Shown here in pieces: positions 59,597-64,000 of a stretch of 64,000 bases of DNA. The position numbers and the translations under genes are program-made. The number at the start of each line of letters is the position of its first letter. Within the stretch, counting starts at the first letter, position 1. Location of the stretch: the NCBI RefSeq assembly GCF_009914755.1, contig NC_060938.1. One strand, written 5' to 3'. Under the pieces are notes generated by a model. The model had not been told where the DNA came from, ran no database searches, and saw only the letters and a list, made by a program, of their open reading frames with translations. Source of the stretch: the human T2T-CHM13v2.0 reference genome, Homo sapiens.

Positions 59597-60135
59597 TGCA
59601 TTTTGGTAAAACAGTATGTTATTATCCAGTTTCATGTTTAATTAGTTTAATTTAAATTAATCAAATGCCATTTTGTATTAGGGGCCACAGGTAAGAGAAA
59701 CTCACAGAAAAGGATTGTTGAATTTGTGGATTTTTAAAGGCCATTGCTGTCTCCTTTCCTGCCTCCTCTCTATATTTAGGCTAGTGACTACCAGAAAGAA
59801 ATAGGAAGATAAAAGCTCACACTTAAAACAAACAAACAAACGAACAAACTTATTTTACAGTCTTTTATCAATGGAGTATGAGACAGCATATTTTTGCAAA
59901 GTACCGCTCCATTTCCTAATTCAAAAAGGAGATTTGGACACAGTTTTCCCTGGCAGCACTGAAATAAGAATTTGCTTTCTCTCAGTGGCCGTATAAAACA
60001 GTGAGAATAATGCAGTCAACTCTCTAAATTAATTTAAAGAAATATAATTGTAGATAGTTTGAAATGGTAAATATTCAAAAAATTAATTTTCCTTCACTTT
60101 GGACAGTTGTATGCCATGCTATTGTAGGTTAACCC

Positions 60136-60755
60136 TATTACCAGAAAGGGGGTCCCAATCCAGACCCCAAGAGAGGGTTCTTGGATCTCACACGAGAATT
60201 TGGGGCAAGTCCATAGAGTAAAGTGAAAGCAAGTTTATTAGTAAAGTAAAGGAATAAAGAATGGCTACTCCATACGCAGAGCAGCCCTGAGGGCTGCTGG
60301 TTGCCCATTTTTATGATTATTTCTTGTTACATGCTAAACAGAAGGTAAATTATTCATGAATTTTCTGGGAAAGGGGTGGGCAATTCACGGAACTGAGGGT
60401 TCCTTCCCATTTTAGACCATATAGGGTAACTTCATGATGTTGCCATGGCATTTGTAAACTGTCAGTGATGCTGGTGGTAGTGCCTCTTAGCATGCTAATG
60501 TATTATAATTAGCATATAATGAGCAGTGAGGATGACCAGAGGTCACTTTCCTCACCATCTTGGTTTTGATGGGTTTTGGCTGGCTTCTTTATGCAAGTTG
60601 TTTTATCAGCAAGACCTGTATCTTGTGCTGACCTTCTGTCTTATACTGTGATTTAGAATACCTGACCTCCTGGGAATGCAGCCCAGTAGGTCTTAGCCTC
60701 ATTTTACCCAGCCCCTATTCAAGTTGGAGTTGCTCTGGTTCAGATGCCTCTGACA
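60136..60755 (-). mobile_element. MER41B-like ERV1 solo LTR
   Basis: Characteristic ccagaccccaagagagggttcttggatctc and gcctctgaca ends; 620 bp; 4-bp TSD accc/actc. Confidence 0.88.
60363..60392. promoter_or_regulatory. Tandem STAT GAS motifs TTCTGGGAA and TTCACGGAA
   Basis: Two TTC-N3-GAA sites 21 bp apart, at the position where MER41B carries its STAT1 sites. Activity is not demonstrable from sequence. Confidence 0.55.
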
Positions 60756-61752
60756 ACTCCAGAGTAGAGAAGTGGTGAACAGAGGCCACAGAAATGATGA
60801 GCAGTCTACCTACCATGTGGAGAAGACACCTCAGAAATGGAGAGATTTTATATTTTTGTTGCATGATGGTAAACAGCTGTAACCACCAGCTTGGCCTTTT
60901 TGGCAGCTGGCTTTATTTAGCATTTTAAGCTTTAAGTTTGCCTCTGGTGCCTGGAATTGTTCAATTAAAATTTTAAATTTATTCTTATCATCCTCTAACA
61001 CAAAGCTTACTTATACAATACCAAATCTAGCCTGAGACACTTGTTCTTGAATCGATTCTTTTTTAAATAATAAGTTCAGTATGAAATAAATCTCTGCTGA
61101 AATGAAAGAAAGCACCCATTATCATGGAACTGTGGTTCCTGAAAGCTACTTAGGTAGGTTAATAGTTGAGGCCTATTAATGGATATGCCATATTATTACA
61201 TTAAAGCCATTCTCAATGAAGGATTAAAGTTGTTAGTTTTAAGAGTTGTTTTTGTTTTGTTAAGAACAGTTTGTACAATGATTGATTTTTGTCAAAGAAT
61301 TGAAAATGCCATCTAATACAGGTAGGGAGAGGAGGTTGATTGTCAGTTTGATTTAAGTCTTAAAAGTTCATCAATTAGCAAAGAACAAGAAACTGTTTTT
61401 TTAAGAGGGCAAATTTTATGTATCTGTTTACCATGAAAGAGAACTTAAGAGAAGCTGTATTTCCACTTTTATCAAATTAGAACCTTTATGTCAATATTAA
61501 CCAGAAAATCCTTAGTTACAAACTTGAAAACATCTATACTTAAGGACAGTTGTTCTGTTCATTCAAACAGAACAAGTTTCTTCCCAGGTTGAGAAGTCTT
61601 AGGTAACCTGTGACTCATGCTTTAATTTTAAACTACTTCTTCATATGGCCTTTCAGTTGAACTAAAAAGGCCTTAGATTTAGTAGAATGGACTCTTTGTG
61701 TTTCTAATTTGTGATAAGTTTGGCCTTTGTTAGTTGGTTAGAGGTTTCCTTG

Positions 61753-61910
61753 AATCATTCCAGGACTAGCCCTCTCTTTAGTCAAAGAGAAAACCTTTTC
61801 CCATCCTTAATAATTTTACCAGTTACTAGGTAAATCATTCCAGGACTAGCCCTCTCTTTAGTCAAAGAGAAAACCTTTTCCCATCCTTAATAATTTTACC
61901 AGTTACTAGG
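61753..61910. repeat. Perfect tandem duplication, 2 x 78 bp with a TA spacer
   Basis: 61753-61830 is identical to 61833-61910. Confidence 0.97.
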
Positions 61911-62424
61911 ATATCATCCTTTTTTACTTTTAATCTTTAAAGAGTTTTTCTCAGTTATTCTTTCCAGAAAATCACATGGTGAGGTATCATTATTTTTAAT
62001 TAACATAGAACTGAAGAAAAAAAGAGAGATTGTGTTAATTGGACAGTAGTGTTAGGGATCAGAATTTTCTGGATTTAATTACATTTGTATCATATTGTCA
62101 TTTTGGTGATGCCAAATCTGTTTATTTAGCATAATTTCCTTTAAATAAAACTTTTAAGTTTAAAGCAATGAACACCTATTGCTGAAAAACCCAGAAAGTA
62201 CAGAAAATCCAAAAATAAAAATACCACTTAAATATATATGTGCATATCTATATGTATTCTTTTTGGTCGGTTTTGAATGAATATATTTTTAAATATTAGA
62301 GTTTATTTCTTAGAGCAGTTTTAAGCTTATAGAAAAATTGAACAGAAAATAAGAGTTCCCCTATATACCCCCCACTCCCCCTACCCCCTGCACCAAGTGC
62401 CAGCCATGACTTATTCTCCCCAAC

Positions 62425-62708
62425 CTTTTTAAGAGAGTCCCACTCTGTTGACCAAACTGGAGTGCAGTGGTGCGATCATAGCTCACTGCAGCCTTGAACT
62501 CTTGGGCTCAAGCAGTCCTCCCACCTCAACCACCTGAGTAGCTGGGACTATAGGTGTGCTACCATGCCTTGCTAAGTTTTAAATTTTTTGTAGAGACAGG
62601 TCTTGCTATGTTGCCCGGGCTGGTCATGAACTCCTGGCTTGAAGCAGTTCTTTTGCCTGGGTTTCCCAGTGCACTGGGATTACAGGCATGAGCCACCATG
62701 CCTAACCC
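62425..62708 (-). mobile_element. AluJ
   Basis: Diverged dimer. Confidence 0.88.
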
Positions 62709-63481
62709 TCTATTATTAATATTTGTATTGGCATGGTATATTTGTCATAATCAGTGAAGTGATATTGATATATTATTAACTGAAATCCATAGTTCACATT
62801 AGGGTTCACTTTGTGCTGTACAATTCTCTTGCTTTTGCCAAATGCATAATGTCATTTATTCACTGTAGCATAATCATACAGAAGTTTCACTGTCCTAAAA
62901 ATCTCATGCTCCACTTATTTATCCCTCCCCACCTGCCTTGCCCCTTAACCCCTGGCAAACTAATCTTTTAAATCTCCACAATTTTGCTTTTTCCAGATGT
63001 CATATAGTTGGAATCATACATTATGTGTTTTTTTTCTGACTGGCTTTTGTTTTTTTTAAGGTTCCTACATGTCTTTTTTGTAACTTTACAGCTCATTTCT
63101 TTTTATTGCTGAATTGTACTGTATTATATGGATGCATCACAGTTTATTTATCCATTTAACAACAGTTAGTTGGTGCTGGAACTGGACATCCACATGCCAA
63201 AAAAAAAAAAAAAAAAAAAAAAAGGCAGGGGAGTTGGGATTAGACACTGACCTTATACCTTTCACAAAAATGAACTCAATATGGATCATAGATGACATCT
63301 TGATTGCTTCCAATTTTTTGGCAATTTTGAATAAATCTAATGTAAATATTTGTGTGCAGGTGTGTGAGTGGGCATACATTTTCAACTCACTTGGGTAAGC
63401 TGTAGCAGTGAGATTGCTGGATCATATGGCAAAACTATGTTTAGCTTTGTAAGAAACTGCCAAATTATCTTCCAAAACGGC

Positions 63482-63774
63482 TGTCTATCTAGGCTGTTAT
63501 AACAAAATATAAACTGGGTAGTTTAAACAACATACAGTTTTGGTGAGGGCCTTCTTCCTGGTGTTTACCTTCGCATCGTGGAGAGAGAAAATTCTGTGTC
63601 TCTTCCTCTTCTTCTGAGACCACCAATTCCATCATGGGAACTCTACCTTCATTATCTCATGTAACTTAATTACCTCCCAAAGGCCCCATCTCCTCATACC
63701 ATCACACTGGAAGTTAGGACTTCAACATATGAATTTGAGGGGAGAGGAGGGACTCAAACATTCAGTCCATAACA
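63482..63774 (-). mobile_element. MLT1A-like MaLR LTR (internally deleted) inside the L1
   Basis: ttacctcccaaaggccccatctcc...aaacattcagtccataaca. Confidence 0.8.
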
Positions 63775-64000
63775 GTGATTATACCATTTGGCATTTGCAG
63801 CAGCAATGAATGAGAGTTCCTATTTCTTCACATCTTCCCCAGCATTTGGTGTTGTCACTATTTCAGATTTTAGCCATTCTAATAGATATGTGGTAGTATT
63901 CTGTTTTAATTTGCAATTCACTAGTGCCATACAGTGTTGAGAATCATTTCATATGCTTGTTTGTCATCTGTACATCTTCTTTGGTGAGATGTCTGCTCAG

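Larger units (their letters stand above)
62290..64000 (-). mobile_element. L1M (MB/MC-type) 3' region with nested insertions; runs off the window
   Basis: L1M 3' UTR and ORF2 C-terminal text. Confidence 0.8.

Overview
This is hominoid (most likely human) genomic DNA from inside FUT8 (alpha-1,6-fucosyltransferase), on the + strand. It contains two coding exons, 4170-4284 and 43911-44148, separated by a 39.6-kb GT-AG intron; everything else is intronic and repeat-rich. The repeats include a full-length sense SVA inserted into an antisense L1PB-type element, several L1s, about 14 Alus, ERV1/MaLR/ERVL LTRs, MER58- and Tigger-type DNA transposons, L2, MIR and microsatellites. I see no new gene system, no prokaryotic features and no CRISPR array; nearly all listed ORFs are repeat-derived or chance. 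The most interesting observations are: (1) a MER41B-like LTR retaining two tandem STAT GAS motifs, next to a sense THE1 LTR with splice donors (candidate interferon-responsive enhancer or alternative promoter); (2) two tailless snRNA retrocopies (U3 and U2) with target-site duplications (TSDs); (3) a locally templated insertion with a perfect 16-bp hairpin inside an L1; (4) an L1 ending about 60 bp from an exon acceptor; (5) a perfect 78-bp tandem duplication; (6) an 89-bp Z-DNA-prone tract. Repeat subfamily names come from recalled consensus sequences, and boundaries without TSDs are approximate.
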